A model generated the notes under the pieces. That model was not told the DNA's origin, did no database searches, and saw only the letters and a program-made list of their open reading frames with translations. Made by a program: the position numbers and the translations under genes. Below, piece after piece: positions 19,650 to 30,529 of a stretch of DNA of 64,000 bases. Source of the stretch: an uncultured Gemmatimonadales bacterium (lineage in GTDB: Bacteria; Gemmatimonadota; Gemmatimonadetes; Longimicrobiales; Gaopeijiaceae); contig CAWELD010000003.1 of assembly GCA_963809895.1 (NCBI GenBank), positions 1,824,001-1,888,000 of the forward strand. The letters are read 5' to 3'. Within the stretch, counting starts at the first letter, position 1, and the number at the start of each line of letters is the position of its first letter.

Positions 19650-22353
19650 ATGATGGGCGAAGGCTTCTATCGCCGGCTTCTCGTCCTGTGGCCCCGCAGC
19701 TTCCGGCGACGCTACGGGAACGAGGCCGTCGAGATCTTCCGGCAACGGATGGACGAAGCTCGGCGGCGCGGCACCTTCACCCGAATCCGGGCGTGGAGCG
19801 TGCTCCTCTTCGACGTGCTGGCCACGGCCGTGAGCGCCCGTCTGGAGAGGAGCGCGCGGCCGAGTCGGGGCTATCGTGCCGGCGCCCCCCTGGCCGTCCT
19901 CCAGGATGTCCGACTCTCGCTGCGCGGAATGCGACGCCGACCGGGGCTCGCAATGGTGCTCATCCTCACGCTCGCCTTCGGGATCGCCGGGAGCACCACG
20001 GTCTTCGCACTCGCCGAGTGGATGCTCCTGCGGCCGGTGCCCGGAGTTCGGGATCCCGCTCGGCTGGTACGCGTCGGCGTAGGCCCGGCGAACGACGCGC
20101 GCATCGAAGGCATCCCGGTGTCGTATCCCCTTTCCGACCCGGACTTCACCGACCTTCGACGAGGCGCTCACACCCTCGCGGGGCTGGCCGGCTTCTTCAC
20201 CGAAGAGGCCAACGTCTCCACCACCACCTCCCTGCCCCGACGGGTGTCGGCGGCCGTTGTAACCGCGAACTACTTCGACGTGCTCGGCGTGACACCGGCG
20301 CGGGGTCGGACCTTCGTGGCTGCGGATGGCCGCACCGGACGAGGTGGACGCGGTGGTCCTGCTGGCGCCTGACCTCGCCGCGGCGATGTTTCCGAGTGCC
20401 GATCCGGTGGGCCGAAGGATCCTGGTGAACGGCCGACCCTTCACCGTGGTGGGGGTCACGCCGGACGGCTTTCACGGCCACGACCTGCCGGGCGAGACAC
20501 GCATGTGGCTGCCTCCGTCCGCCACCCGCGTGCTGGCGCCGTACGTTCCTTCGCGATGGCCCGACCTGCGGGAGCAGATGCTCTGGCAGGTCGTGGGCCG
20601 CCTCGCGCCTGGAGCCGACGTGGCGGGAGCCGCCCTCGATCTCTCCACGGTGGCCCGTCGCATCGCCGAGGCACATCCGGGCGAGACGATGTTCGGGGAC
20701 CGTCAGGTGCCTACGGTCTCCGGTGGTGTCGGCGCGTCCCCGGCGCTCGAGGCGCGGTTGAGCCGGGCGCTCGGGCGATTGGGGATCGGGGCGTTGATCC
20801 TGCTGCTCCTCGCGGTGGCCAACGCAGGAGGCCTGCTGGTGGCGCGGGCCGCGATGCGAGAGCGGGACGTCGTCATTCGGCGAGCTCTCGGCGCCAGCCG
20901 CGGAGCAATCGTCCAACGCACGGTGATCGAATCACTGTTGGTGGCCGGCCTGGCCGGAGCCGTCGCGCTGGCGCTGACCAAGCTCGCGCTCGTCGGGATC
21001 GAGGGATTGCGGCTGCTCCAGTTCGGCGCGGCCGTGGAAGGCGCACGGCTCGACGCACGTGTGGCACTCTTTGCCGCAGTGGTGTCGGCGGCCGCCGGGC
21101 TGCTGACCGCCGTCGCGCCGTCCATGTTGGCGGCTCGCGAACGGGACCTGAGCCAGACGCGCGCGGGGGCTCCCCGCCAAGGGCTGCGCCGCGGGCTGGT
21201 GATCGTCCAGGTGGCGCTGTCGGTGGGGCTCTCGGTCGGAGCGGCCCTCATGGGCCGGACCGTGACGAAACTGAGTGCGGTGGACCCCGGCGTGAACATC
21301 GACGACGTGCTGTCCTTCCGAGTGGCGCCGGGGCTGCAACAGGACTGGGCCCCCGATGGCGAACAGTTCTTCCTGGCCCAGGTCCACTCGGCACTCGCCA
21401 CGCTACCCGGCGCACGCGCCGTCGCGTTCTCCTGGCCCGCGCCCTTTGCACTGCAGTTCGCCCGGGCCACCGTCCGCCGACCGGACGAGCCCTGGGACAA
21501 TGCGGTGCAGGTTCGCAGCTTTCGTGTCTCGCCGGATTTCTTCGAGACTGTGGAGTTGGGCAGCAGGCAGGGACCGCTACCCTCCACGAGCTCCTCCGAA
21601 GGCGATGCCTCCGGGGAACCCGGCATCGTCGTCTCCCGTCGGATGGCGAGGCTGCTGTTCCCCGACGAGGACCCCCTGGGCCGGGCGGTGGAGCTTCGGG
21701 GCGTCCGTGGTGAACGCCGGGTGGCCGCGGTGGTGGAGGACATGCGGGTAGGGAGCCCAAGGGACGCCCCGGCTCCGATCCTGTTCGAGCCGCTCGGGCA
21801 GCGGAGGGCCACCGGCGACTACACGGTCCTCGTGCGTACGACCGGCGATCCGAAGGCGCTGGTGCCGGCGATTCGCCGAACGCTCCGGGAGGTCGCCCCG
21901 GCCCTCCCGATGTTCGACGTGCAGACACTCCGGGAGCGGGTCCGCCGCACCATTGCGGAGGAACGGACGCTGGCCGGTGTGGGCGCGGCCCTGGCAGCCC
22001 TCGGCGTATTGATGACCGGCCTGGCGATCTTCGGCATCCTGGAGTGGGCGGTGGCGACACGGGAACGGGAGATCGGGGTCCGCATGGCGCTCGGTGCGCA
22101 AGCCCGGCGAGTCGTCGGACATGTCGCCGCGCAGGCGCTGGCGATGATCGGTGTCGGAGCGATCGTTGGCCTGCCTCTGGCGTGGGTCCTGGCGAGAGCC
22201 CTGCGATCCCAACTCTTCGACGTGACCCCCTGGGATCCCATCGCCTGGTGCGGAAGCGCCGTCGTGCTCCTTGCCGTCGCCGCGCTCGCTGCCGTTCGCC
22301 CGGCCCACCGCGCCACGCGAGCGGACCCCGCCGAGGCGTTACGCGCGGAGTAG
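19650..22353 (+). CDS. ADOP duplicated permease; one frameshift near 20328
   Basis: Prefix LWPRSFRRRYGNE; ORFs 19605-20372 and 20326-22353 join if one G in GATGGCC is removed; ends ALRAE. Confidence 0.85.
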
Positions 22354-22438
22354 TCGGAGCCCCGGCCCACGCCCCATCGCCGGCGCGTGGTGCTCTGAGT
22401 CTGACCTCATCGCACGTGCCCCGTATGGATGCTGTTCA

Positions 22439-23608
22439 TCAGCCCCCCGACAACGTATCCCCCAGCTCGGTGGCCGAGCTCCGATACGGCTGGAAGGTCC
22501 GGCCCCAGTCCACACCCACGACCTCCATCCAGACCGAGGGGCCGTCGACGTGGACGATCACGTAGTGGTACGGGTTGCCGCCGGGCTCCAGCCCGGGCTT
22601 GACCAGGTGGCTGACCCGGACCTGGGCGTCGCGGTTCTCGGCCTGGTACTGCCGCAGGTCGGGCTCGCCGACGTACCAGTACAGGGGCGCGCCGCCCCCG
22701 CCGGTCACGATCTGGTCGATGCGCCGCGCCGTGCCGTCGGGGTCCCGGTAGCGCTCGACCCAGTGCTCGAAGAGGTGCTCGTGGCCGGCGAAGAGCATCT
22801 CCACGTGGTAGCGCCGGAAGAGGGGCATCCACAGATCGCGCACGCCCTGCGCCTGGGCTTCGGTCCGGGGCCCGCCGTGGGGACCCGACGAGAACGCGGG
22901 ATGATGGAAGAAGGCCACGACGTGCTGGTAGCGGTCGCGGTCCAGCCCCTGGAGCTGCGCCTCGGCCCACGCGAGCTGCGTGGAGTCGCGCGGGATGTTG
23001 GAGTCCAGCGCCAGGAAGAAGGTGTTGCCGTAGCCGAAGGAGTAGACGGGGTAGCCGTCCAGCCGTCGCGGAGATCCCTCGGGCGGAATGAGGTTCGAGA
23101 CCGCGGACAGGAAATTCGTGAGCCCGGCGTCGCGGCCCGACGCCGGCAGGTCGTGGTTGCCGGGAGCGAGGAAGTACGGCACGTCACCCTCGGTGGTGAG
23201 CTCATCGATGAGAGGCACGAAGCTGACGTTCCATTCCTGCGCCTGGCGGCCGTCCACCACGGCGTCGCCGCTCTGGAGCACGAAGCGGATGGGATCCGGG
23301 CCCGACTTCATGGCGTCGATGTGCTCGAGCATGGACTGCACGATGAGCCAGTGCTCGTACTGGATGGCCGAGCCGTCGCGCCGGCCCCGCGTGTCGCCGT
23401 AGACCAGGAACGAGAAGCGCGAGTCCCCGGCGCTGGCGGCCTCGGAGGGGAGCGGCGTGGGCGGCGCCAGGATGGGCGTGACCACCGAGTCGGGGCGCGC
23501 CTGGGCAGGCACCTGAGCGCGGACGGACGTGGTCGTCGTGAGCAGCGCCGCACCGGCGACGCACAACACCAGCGACAGGGGATGGGATGTCGCCTTCCAT
23601 GTCCTCAT
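22439..23608 (-). CDS. Secreted metallophosphoesterase (purple acid phosphatase-like)
   Basis: YGDTR, SGDAV, PGNHD, FHHP, AGHEH; signal peptide. Confidence 0.9.
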   Translation of the reverse strand: MRTWKATSHPLSLVLCVAGAALLTTTTSVRAQVPAQARPDSVVTPILAPPTPLPSEAASAGDSRFSFLVYGDTRGRRDGSAIQYEHWLIVQSMLEHIDAMKSGPDPIRFVLQSGDAVVDGRQAQEWNVSFVPLIDELTTEGDVPYFLAPGNHDLPASGRDAGLTNFLSAVSNLIPPEGSPRRLDGYPVYSFGYGNTFFLALDSNIPRDSTQLAWAEAQLQGLDRDRYQHVVAFFHHPAFSSGPHGGPRTEAQAQGVRDLWMPLFRRYHVEMLFAGHEHLFEHWVERYRDPDGTARRIDQIVTGGGGAPLYWYVGEPDLRQYQAENRDAQVRVSHLVKPGLEPGGNPYHYVIVHVDGPSVWMEVVGVDWGRTFQPYRSSATELGDTLSGG

Positions 23609-23838
23609 TCGTGCTTCTCGCGTCCGGGAGGGTGGAGCGGGCCGTGGCGGGCCCGAGAGCGTCCAGCCTAATGAATCACGCCCCCTACGTCGAATCGCGG
23701 GCCTTCGCACGTAGCCCCGCGTCGCCGCCACTCCAGGTGAGGTTGCCGGTGGGCTGAGGCCGCCCACGCCCCGGGCTCCCGGCCCGGCCCCTGGACCCGA
23801 ACGCTACGAGAGCGTCGGGCCCAGGAGCCTGCTTGGCC

Positions 23839-24183
23839 TCAATCCTCGCACGACTTGTCCTCGTTGGTGTTGGAGGCCTGCGCGATCATGAGCTCGCAGC
23901 CCTCTCCGGGCTGGCGCCAGACATCGTAGTCGGCGTTTTCCGGGAAGCAGATCTCGCCGGCCGACTCCCACGGCGGTTTTGGAGCGGGCAGCGGTAGGGG
24001 CTGCGTTTGCGAGATGACCACGCTGGTTCCGGACCGGCACCAGACCGTCACCTGGCCGGCGGGCACCCGGTGGCGCCCCTGATAATTCCAGTTTCGCTGG
24101 GCCACCTCGAAATCCATGCAGTCGGGGGTGTGGCTTCCGACCTCACAGACCCAGATCCCGTTTCCGCAGCTTACACAAGCCAT
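23839..24183 (-). CDS. Small cysteine-rich hypothetical protein
   Basis: SD AGGAG before ATG; 114 aa, 8 Cys, N-terminal CxxC; host-like codon usage. Confidence 0.7.
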   Translation of the reverse strand: MACVSCGNGIWVCEVGSHTPDCMDFEVAQRNWNYQGRHRVPAGQVTVWCRSGTSVVISQTQPLPLPAPKPPWESAGEICFPENADYDVWRQPGEGCELMIAQASNTNEDKSCED

Positions 24184-24253
24184 CGGACTCTCCTGAAAGG
24201 GTTCACGAATGTCCTCCCCGGCGGGAGGTACAGGACGGAGGACGACGAGGGAT

Positions 24254-27200
24254 TCAGCGACCTCTCGACGTCAGCTCGGCGATGCGCTCCCGCGCCCGCA
24301 CCTCCAGGGGGGCGGGCTCGTCGCCGGAAATGCGTGTGTCCACGAACCGCTGATAGAAGCCCAATGCCGAGGCGGTGTCGGCGAGGAGCTCGTGGGCTTC
24401 GCCTCGTCGGAACAGTGACAGGGCCTTGAGCGCCCATCCCAGATCCTGATCGCCAATACTCAGGGGGATGCTGTCGAGTCGGCTGAGGAGGCGAACCGCG
24501 AGATCCGCCTCCCTCACCTGAAGCGCGGCGTGGCCCAGGAGGTAGGAGCGCTCGGGCTCGGGGACCTCGGGAGCGGTGTCCGCCATCGCCGCCCGGATCC
24601 GTCCCGGCCGGTCACCTGCCGTGGGATCGATGGCGTCCCAGATCGGATCCTGAAGGTCGCCGTCCGCCGTCCACCGCCTCAGCTCGGCTGGGTCTTCCGC
24701 CAGCGCAGCGGCCAGTGAAGGCGCCTGGATGGACCGTAGCGTGGCAAGGGGCATGCGGCTGTCGGATGGAGCCGACAAGCGAGTCTCCATGTCGGCGAAC
24801 TGCGCCACGACCCGCTCCGTGGCGCCCATGGCGCCCAGGACGCCCAGACGTGCGAAGAGGGCGCCCGTGCCACCGTCGTCCATGAGACGATCCGTGGTCG
24901 GATCCTTCCAATAGGCGTTCCGGACCGTCACGAGCTCCAGCGCGTCGTCGGCCATGGCGAGATCGCCCGTGAACGACGGCACGTTCAACGCGGCCCGGGG
25001 AAGCGCGTCGTCGGGCCCGCGCCCGTCCAGGATGCCCCCCAGGATCTCGTGGGCCCGACCCGTCTGGCCCGTGGCGAGGAACAGGTTCGCCAGCTGTATT
25101 GCGTCATCCGGCATGGTGTCGGTCTGCAGCGCCAGGGCACGCTGGGCCTGATCCAGTGCAGCCTGGGCCAGGCTGTCCAGAACCTCGGGACGCTGGGGAA
25201 TGCTCAGAACCTCGCGCTGGCGCACCGTCCAGGTTGCGAGCTCGGCGTGGGGGCGCGGCTCGTCCGGGGCATACGCGGCCCAGCGACGGAGCGTGCGGAG
25301 CGATCGGTCGAGAAGCCGCCGGGCGCCGTCCTGGAGCTCCGCGTCGTTGGCCCCGAGAAGGCTCCCCTCGTCCATCCACACGAGTGAATCGGTGTAGACG
25401 ACGCCGAACGCCTCGAGAGAGCTCGGATCCGTCCGGGACTCCCATACGGGAACGAGCTCGTTGCGAGGACGCTCGAAGCCCTGCCGGAAGGTGCGCGCCG
25501 AGAGCGCCAGCTCGGTGATATCGAAGAGGTGCCCATACCCCAGATGGAACCCGGGATTGAGGCGCGTGGTCTCGGTAAAGTCCCGGACCGCCGCGTTGGG
25601 ATCCCCCCGGGGGCGCAGCGATCCGTCGGGTCCTTCGGTGAGCCAGGGATCCTGGAACTCGACGATCCCCGCCAGCAGCCACGCATAGACGTCGGTGGAG
25701 TCCCGGGCGATGAGGTCGGCGTACTGCTCCCGAGCCACCTCGTAATCCCCCTCGAGGAAGCGATTGAATGCCAGCACGTGCTCGCGCTCCCGGATCGACA
25801 GGTCGTCGGAATGCCGCAGCGCCGCACGAGAGAGCCGTACGGCTTCCGGCCCCAACTGCGAGAGACCCCGGGTGGCGTCCGCACCCTCCCAGTACAGGAC
25901 CACGGCGAGGTAGTGGTGCGCCATGGCGAAGGTCGAATCCAGGGCCACGGCCTGGCGGAAGGCCCGCTCCGCGTCCGGCAGACGCCAGCGGCCCATGAGG
26001 TCCAGCCCCTCGCCGTAGCGCTGGAGCGCCAGCGGGTTGGAGGAGCGCCGCCGCAGGTTCTCCACCTCGTCGACGGAGCCCGTGAGCCCCAGCACGCCCT
26101 GCACGATCGCGGCGGCGACCTGGAAGGGATCATGCCTCGGACCCTGGGATTCCAGCGGTTGCCCCACCTGGCGCTGGGCCCGGACGTCGAAGCGGGTGGC
26201 GGACACGAACACCGAATCCCCCCGCACCCGGGCGTTCAGGGCGATCATGGTCTCCACCCCCAGAGCGCGTGCGGTACTCAGGCCGTCGTCGAGGCGCTCC
26301 AGGGCCGGGCCGCGCACGCCCAGGTCGAAGGTCACGCCGGCCAGCGCCACCTGCGGGACCGCGCGGATGGAGTCCCAGCGGTTGAGCTGGCGCGTGAGCT
26401 CGTCGGCCAGGTCCACCACGGTGCGCACCTCGTCGGGCGTCTGGGTGGCGTCGCGGAAGGGAAGCACCACCACCGAGCCGGCACGATCCGTGAGATCCGC
26501 GGCTGCGCCTCTCCACGGAGGCTGGAGCACCAGCACGGCTGCCACGCCGAGCAACGCCACCGCCGTGATCCCCGCCCAGGTGCGCCGACGCTCGTGCCCG
26601 GCCCCACCCAGCGCGGCGCCGAGCTCGGCGGCGTCCTGGAATCGTTGGGCGGGATCGGGGGCCAGCGCCCGCTCCACCGCGTGGGCGACCTGCGACGGTA
26701 CGCCGCGGCGCACCCCGGTCACCGTCGGCACGGTGCCCATGACCCGGCCCGCCAGCACGTTGCTGCGGAAGGGCCGCTTGCCCGTGAGCATCTCGAAGAG
26801 GACGCAGCCCAGCGAGTAGACGTCGGACCTCGCGTCGATGTGGTCCTCGCCCAGGATCTGCTCCGGGCTCATGTAGGCGGGGGTGCCGATGGCGATGCCC
26901 TCGCCCGTCAGCGTCACATGGGTGTCCACCGCGGCCCGGGCCACACCGAAGTCCGCCAGCAGGGCATTGTCACCCGCCAGCAGGATGTTGCCGGGCTTCA
27001 CGTCGCGGTGGACGATGTCCCGGTCGTGGGCATAGCTCAGCGCCTCGGCCACCTCGCGGGCGATCTTCACCGCGCGCGCCACCGGAAGCTGACCCTCACG
27101 GTCGAGGAGATCCTGGAGGCTCTCCCCGTCTACCAGCGCCATGACGTAGTAGAGGAGTCCGTCCGCCTCGCCCGAGTCGAAGAGGGGGACGATGTGCGGG

Positions 27201-27445
27201 TGGGTCAGTCCAGCCGCGATGTGGATCTCACGGAGGAAGCGCTGGCTTCCGACGCTGGCGCTGAATTCCGGACGCAGGACCTTGAGCGCGACGCGCCGGT
27301 CGTGCTTGCGGTCCAGGGCGGCAAAGACGGTGCCCGTTCCTCCCGACCCCAGCACCTGCTCCAACGCGTACCGATCTCCCAGGGCAGCCTGGAGTCGGCT
27401 GCGGAGACGATCCATCTCCGAGCCTGCCCATGAATCCGCGGCCAT
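24254..27445 (-). CDS. Hanks-type Ser/Thr kinase with TM segment and TPR-like C-terminal region
   Basis: LGSGGTG, VALKVL, HRDVKPGN, DFG, GTPAYMSPEQ, DVYSLG. Confidence 0.93.
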   Translation of the reverse strand: MAADSWAGSEMDRLRSRLQAALGDRYALEQVLGSGGTGTVFAALDRKHDRRVALKVLRPEFSASVGSQRFLREIHIAAGLTHPHIVPLFDSGEADGLLYYVMALVDGESLQDLLDREGQLPVARAVKIAREVAEALSYAHDRDIVHRDVKPGNILLAGDNALLADFGVARAAVDTHVTLTGEGIAIGTPAYMSPEQILGEDHIDARSDVYSLGCVLFEMLTGKRPFRSNVLAGRVMGTVPTVTGVRRGVPSQVAHAVERALAPDPAQRFQDAAELGAALGGAGHERRRTWAGITAVALLGVAAVLVLQPPWRGAAADLTDRAGSVVVLPFRDATQTPDEVRTVVDLADELTRQLNRWDSIRAVPQVALAGVTFDLGVRGPALERLDDGLSTARALGVETMIALNARVRGDSVFVSATRFDVRAQRQVGQPLESQGPRHDPFQVAAAIVQGVLGLTGSVDEVENLRRRSSNPLALQRYGEGLDLMGRWRLPDAERAFRQAVALDSTFAMAHHYLAVVLYWEGADATRGLSQLGPEAVRLSRAALRHSDDLSIREREHVLAFNRFLEGDYEVAREQYADLIARDSTDVYAWLLAGIVEFQDPWLTEGPDGSLRPRGDPNAAVRDFTETTRLNPGFHLGYGHLFDITELALSARTFRQGFERPRNELVPVWESRTDPSSLEAFGVVYTDSLVWMDEGSLLGANDAELQDGARRLLDRSLRTLRRWAAYAPDEPRPHAELATWTVRQREVLSIPQRPEVLDSLAQAALDQAQRALALQTDTMPDDAIQLANLFLATGQTGRAHEILGGILDGRGPDDALPRAALNVPSFTGDLAMADDALELVTVRNAYWKDPTTDRLMDDGGTGALFARLGVLGAMGATERVVAQFADMETRLSAPSDSRMPLATLRSIQAPSLAAALAEDPAELRRWTADGDLQDPIWDAIDPTAGDRPGRIRAAMADTAPEVPEPERSYLLGHAALQVREADLAVRLLSRLDSIPLSIGDQDLGWALKALSLFRRGEAHELLADTASALGFYQRFVDTRISGDEPAPLEVRARERIAELTSRGR

Positions 27446-27600
27446 GGCCTGCTCGCTGCTGGGGGGGGCACCGGGAGGGATGCGAGGAAGAACCGGCACC
27501 CTGCCCGGCCACGTAGCGGCAAGCTAGGACGGGACTTCGGCTAACTGCAAGCAGAAAGTCCGCAGGATGGACACGCCGGAGCGGCCTGAGCCGACACTCG

Positions 27601-27646
27601 TTGACATACCTAGAGCTGCAATGCATGATGGTGCTATGCAACCTGC
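27601..27646 (+). promoter_or_regulatory. PadR module promoter and putative operator
   Basis: TTGACA-N17-CATGAT; the spacer contains TACCTAG-AGCTG-CAATGCA. Confidence 0.65.
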
Positions 27647-27681
27647 ACCCGAGTCCCCTGTGACGTGCGACGCGTGATGTG

Positions 27682-28068
27682 ATGGAGATCAACAAGGATC
27701 TGATCGCCGCGTCCTCGACCCCGCTGGTGTTGGCGATCCTGGCCGTCGAAGACAGTTACGGGTATGCCATCCTGCAGCGGGTGCGGGAGCTCTCGGGCGG
27801 GCACATGGAGTGGACCGACGGGATGCTCTACCCGGTCCTGCACCGCCTCGAGCGGCTCGGCTACATCGAGGCGCGCTGGGAGGTGGCGGATACCGGACGC
27901 CGCCGGAAGTACTACCGGATCACGGCCGGGGGGGAGGCTCAGCTCGCCCACGAACGCGAGCAGTGGCAAGCGGTGGACGCCACGCTCCGGGGCATCTGGA
28001 CCCAACTCCTGGCCGCCATTTCCAGCCGCCATCCGCGGTTCCCTCAACCGCGTCCACAGGGGGCTTGA
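27682..28068 (+). CDS. PadR family regulator
   Basis: STPLVLAILA, SYGYAI, DGMLYPVLHRLE, RRRKYYRIT. Confidence 0.92.
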   Translation: MEINKDLIAASSTPLVLAILAVEDSYGYAILQRVRELSGGHMEWTDGMLYPVLHRLERLGYIEARWEVADTGRRRKYYRITAGGEAQLAHEREQWQAVDATLRGIWTQLLAAISSRHPRFPQPRPQGA

Positions 28069-28071
28069 ACC

Positions 28072-29469
28072 ATGTCGTCGTCGGATCATCAGGATCGGCT
28101 CGAGGAGCAGATCGAGCAGTGGCGGGCGTACCTCTCGCGCCGGCAGGCGATTCACGCCGTCGACGTGGCGGAGCTGGAGGACCACCTGCGGGAGCAGATC
28201 GGGGCGTTGACCGAAGCCGGACTCGCGCCGGACGAAGCCTTCCTGGTCGCCGTCAAGCGCATGGGCGCGCTGGACGAGCTGTCGCGCGAGTTCGCGCGCG
28301 AGCATTCGGAGCGGCTCTGGAAGCAGCTCGTGGTCTCGTCGCCCGATGACTCGGCAGCGCGCCAGGCCGTGCCCACCGACGCCATCGTCGCCGTGTGTCT
28401 CGCGGTGGCGGCGGCGGTGACCATCAAGATCCCGGCGCTGTTCGGGCTCGCGCTGGGTCCCGACGCCGGGTTCTACTTCCGCAACGCGAGCCTGTTCGTG
28501 CTGCCGCTGCTGACCGGCTATTTCGTCTGGAAGCGGGGACTCGGCGGTAGCCGGCTGCGCTGGCTGGCCGTGGCGTTCGTGGCGGCCACCGTCTTCGCCA
28601 ACGTCTATCCCTTCCAGGCCAACGTGCCCGGGTCCGCGACGCACGATCCTGGCAACACCGAGCTGCTCACCGGGCTCCACCTGCCCATCGCGCTCTGGAT
28701 CCTGGTGGGGATCGCCTACGCCGGAGGCCGCTGGGGTCGGGTGGAGGGCCGCATGGACTTCATCCGCTTCTCGGGCGAGCTCTTCATCTACTACGTGCTC
28801 ATCGCCCTGGGCGGCGGCGTCCTCACCGGCTTCATGGCGATGATCTTCCAGTCCATCGGGGTCGACATCGAGGTCTTCTTCCAGTCGTGGCTGCTGCCGT
28901 GTGGCGCGACCGGCGCCGTCCTGATCGCGTCCTGGCTGGTGGAGGCCAAGCAGAGCGTCATCGAGAACATGGCGCCCGTGCTCACCCGCCTCTTCACTCC
29001 GCTGTTCGCCGCGGTGCTCGTGACGTTTCTGGCGACCGTGGTGTGGACCGGCCGGGGCGTGGACATCGACCGCGACGTGCTGATCGCCTTCGATCTGTTG
29101 CTCGTGGTGGTCCTGGGCCTGGTGCTCTATTCGCTGTCGGCCCGCGATCCCCGCTCGGCGCCCGGCATGTTCGACGTGCTCCAGATCGTGCTGCTGGGAA
29201 GCGCGCTGCTGGCCGACGCGGTGGCACTATGGGCCATCGCCGCGCGCATCACCGAGTTCGGCTTCACGCCCAATCGCGTGGCGGCGCTGGGCGAGAACAT
29301 GGTGCTGCTGGTGAACCTGGCCTGGTCCGCCGTGCTCTACGTCCGCTTCATGCGCGGACGTGGCACCTTCGAAGCGCTGGAGCGCTGGCAGACCAACTAC
29401 CTGCCGGTCTACGCCGCGTGGGCGGCGATCGTCGTGATCGCCTTCCCGCCCCTGTTCGGGTATGTGTGA
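28072..29469 (+). CDS. Multi-pass membrane protein with permease prefix domain 1 (not an ADOP)
   Basis: ELEDHLRE...EAFLVAVKRMG prefix; about 12 TM segments; GFTPNR motif. Confidence 0.85.
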   Translation: MSSSDHQDRLEEQIEQWRAYLSRRQAIHAVDVAELEDHLREQIGALTEAGLAPDEAFLVAVKRMGALDELSREFAREHSERLWKQLVVSSPDDSAARQAVPTDAIVAVCLAVAAAVTIKIPALFGLALGPDAGFYFRNASLFVLPLLTGYFVWKRGLGGSRLRWLAVAFVAATVFANVYPFQANVPGSATHDPGNTELLTGLHLPIALWILVGIAYAGGRWGRVEGRMDFIRFSGELFIYYVLIALGGGVLTGFMAMIFQSIGVDIEVFFQSWLLPCGATGAVLIASWLVEAKQSVIENMAPVLTRLFTPLFAAVLVTFLATVVWTGRGVDIDRDVLIAFDLLLVVVLGLVLYSLSARDPRSAPGMFDVLQIVLLGSALLADAVALWAIAARITEFGFTPNRVAALGENMVLLVNLAWSAVLYVRFMRGRGTFEALERWQTNYLPVYAAWAAIVVIAFPPLFGYV

Positions 29470-29492
29470 GCGGAGGGCCCGCGGCGTCCGCC

Positions 29493-29860
29493 TCAGGCGT
29501 CCGGTGCGGAGAGTGCGTTCAGGTCCCCGCCGGCTTCGAGCTCCTTGCGAGCCGCCCGGCGGGCGCTCGCGACCACGCCGAGCCCCAGCGCTCCGCCCCC
29601 TGTCGCGGCGGTGGCGATGAGGCGGAGCACTCCCGGGCTTCACCGCCGGTGATGGCGAGCAGCACGCCCACGACCAGGAGCGACGCTACGGCGCCACCGA
29701 TGGCGCCCCAGGCGCCGGCCCGCCACAGCGAGAGGTCGGCCACCGAATTGCCCGACTCGAGAACCGCCAACGCGCCGGCCAGCACCGACGTCGTGACAGC
29801 GCCAAGGCTTCCGTGGAGGGCAGACACCCCCAGTTCCCGGCCTGCCTCGAGGCCGGTCAA
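29493..29860 (-). pseudogene. 5'-truncated, frameshifted small membrane-protein remnant
   Basis: LSLWRAGAWGAIGG hydrophobic frame shifts near 29635 to GVLRLIATAATGGGALGLG...PDA-stop. Confidence 0.45.
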
Positions 29861-29886
29861 GTCGGCATCGCGCGAAGCTGAACGGG

Positions 29887-30026
29887 CGCGGTGCTGGATT
29901 CGCCGGTCTCCCGCCGGTCAATCCAGCGAACTGGCGCTCGGCGTCGGCTCGCATTCTGGCTTTGCAGGCCATGGGGCGGTCAACCCAGCACCGCGGCCTG
30001 GACCGCCCCCGGAATGCTGGATTCGC
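29887..30026. repeat. Palindromic intergenic repeat cluster
   Basis: CGCGGTGCTGGATT / AACCCAGCACCGCG inverted pair; CGGTCAAYCCAGC at 29915 and 29977; TGCTGGATTCGC at 29892 and 30015. Confidence 0.65.
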
Positions 30027-30094
30027 GGGCCCGGCTCCGGCGCTCGCGCGGGTACGGCCCTGCCGCCCCCATCGCACCCGCAGGCCGCCCCCCC

Positions 30095-30529
30095 TCAACC
30101 CGGAAGTGGGTTCCGTACGGTGAGCGCCGGAAAGCGTGAGAAGTCCCGATCGGCGCTCCAGAGCTCCCGCACGCCGTGGTACAGGCACAGCGCCGCGATA
30201 CGCCCGTCGTGCACCTTCGCGCCGGACACCCTGCCCGACTTCAGGACGTCCGCGAGCCGATCGGTGTAGCCCGACCCTCCGGCCAGGAGAGCGAGGGTGG
30301 GGGATTCCATCCAGGCCGCGACCTGATCGATGGCAGCCTCGGTCGTTGTCGGGGGGTCGTAGATCCCGGGGTGGGTCGCGATCGCCAGGAACTCGTGGAT
30401 GCAGGGCCACGGGATCGCCCACCGCTCCGTACCCTCTGCCAGCTCCCGGAGAACCTCGGCGGCCGCCTCGTGCCACCCTGCGTCCCGCCGGTGCGCATAC
30501 ACCAGGAGGTTCGTGTCGACGGTGATCAC
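30095..30529 (-). CDS. vapC: PIN-domain VapC toxin
   Basis: VDTNLLVYAH, EFLAIATHP, VHDGRIAAL, SADRDFSRFP. Confidence 0.92.
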   Translation of the reverse strand: MITVDTNLLVYAHRRDAGWHEAAAEVLRELAEGTERWAIPWPCIHEFLAIATHPGIYDPPTTTEAAIDQVAAWMESPTLALLAGGSGYTDRLADVLKSGRVSGAKVHDGRIAALCLYHGVRELWSADRDFSRFPALTVRNPLPG

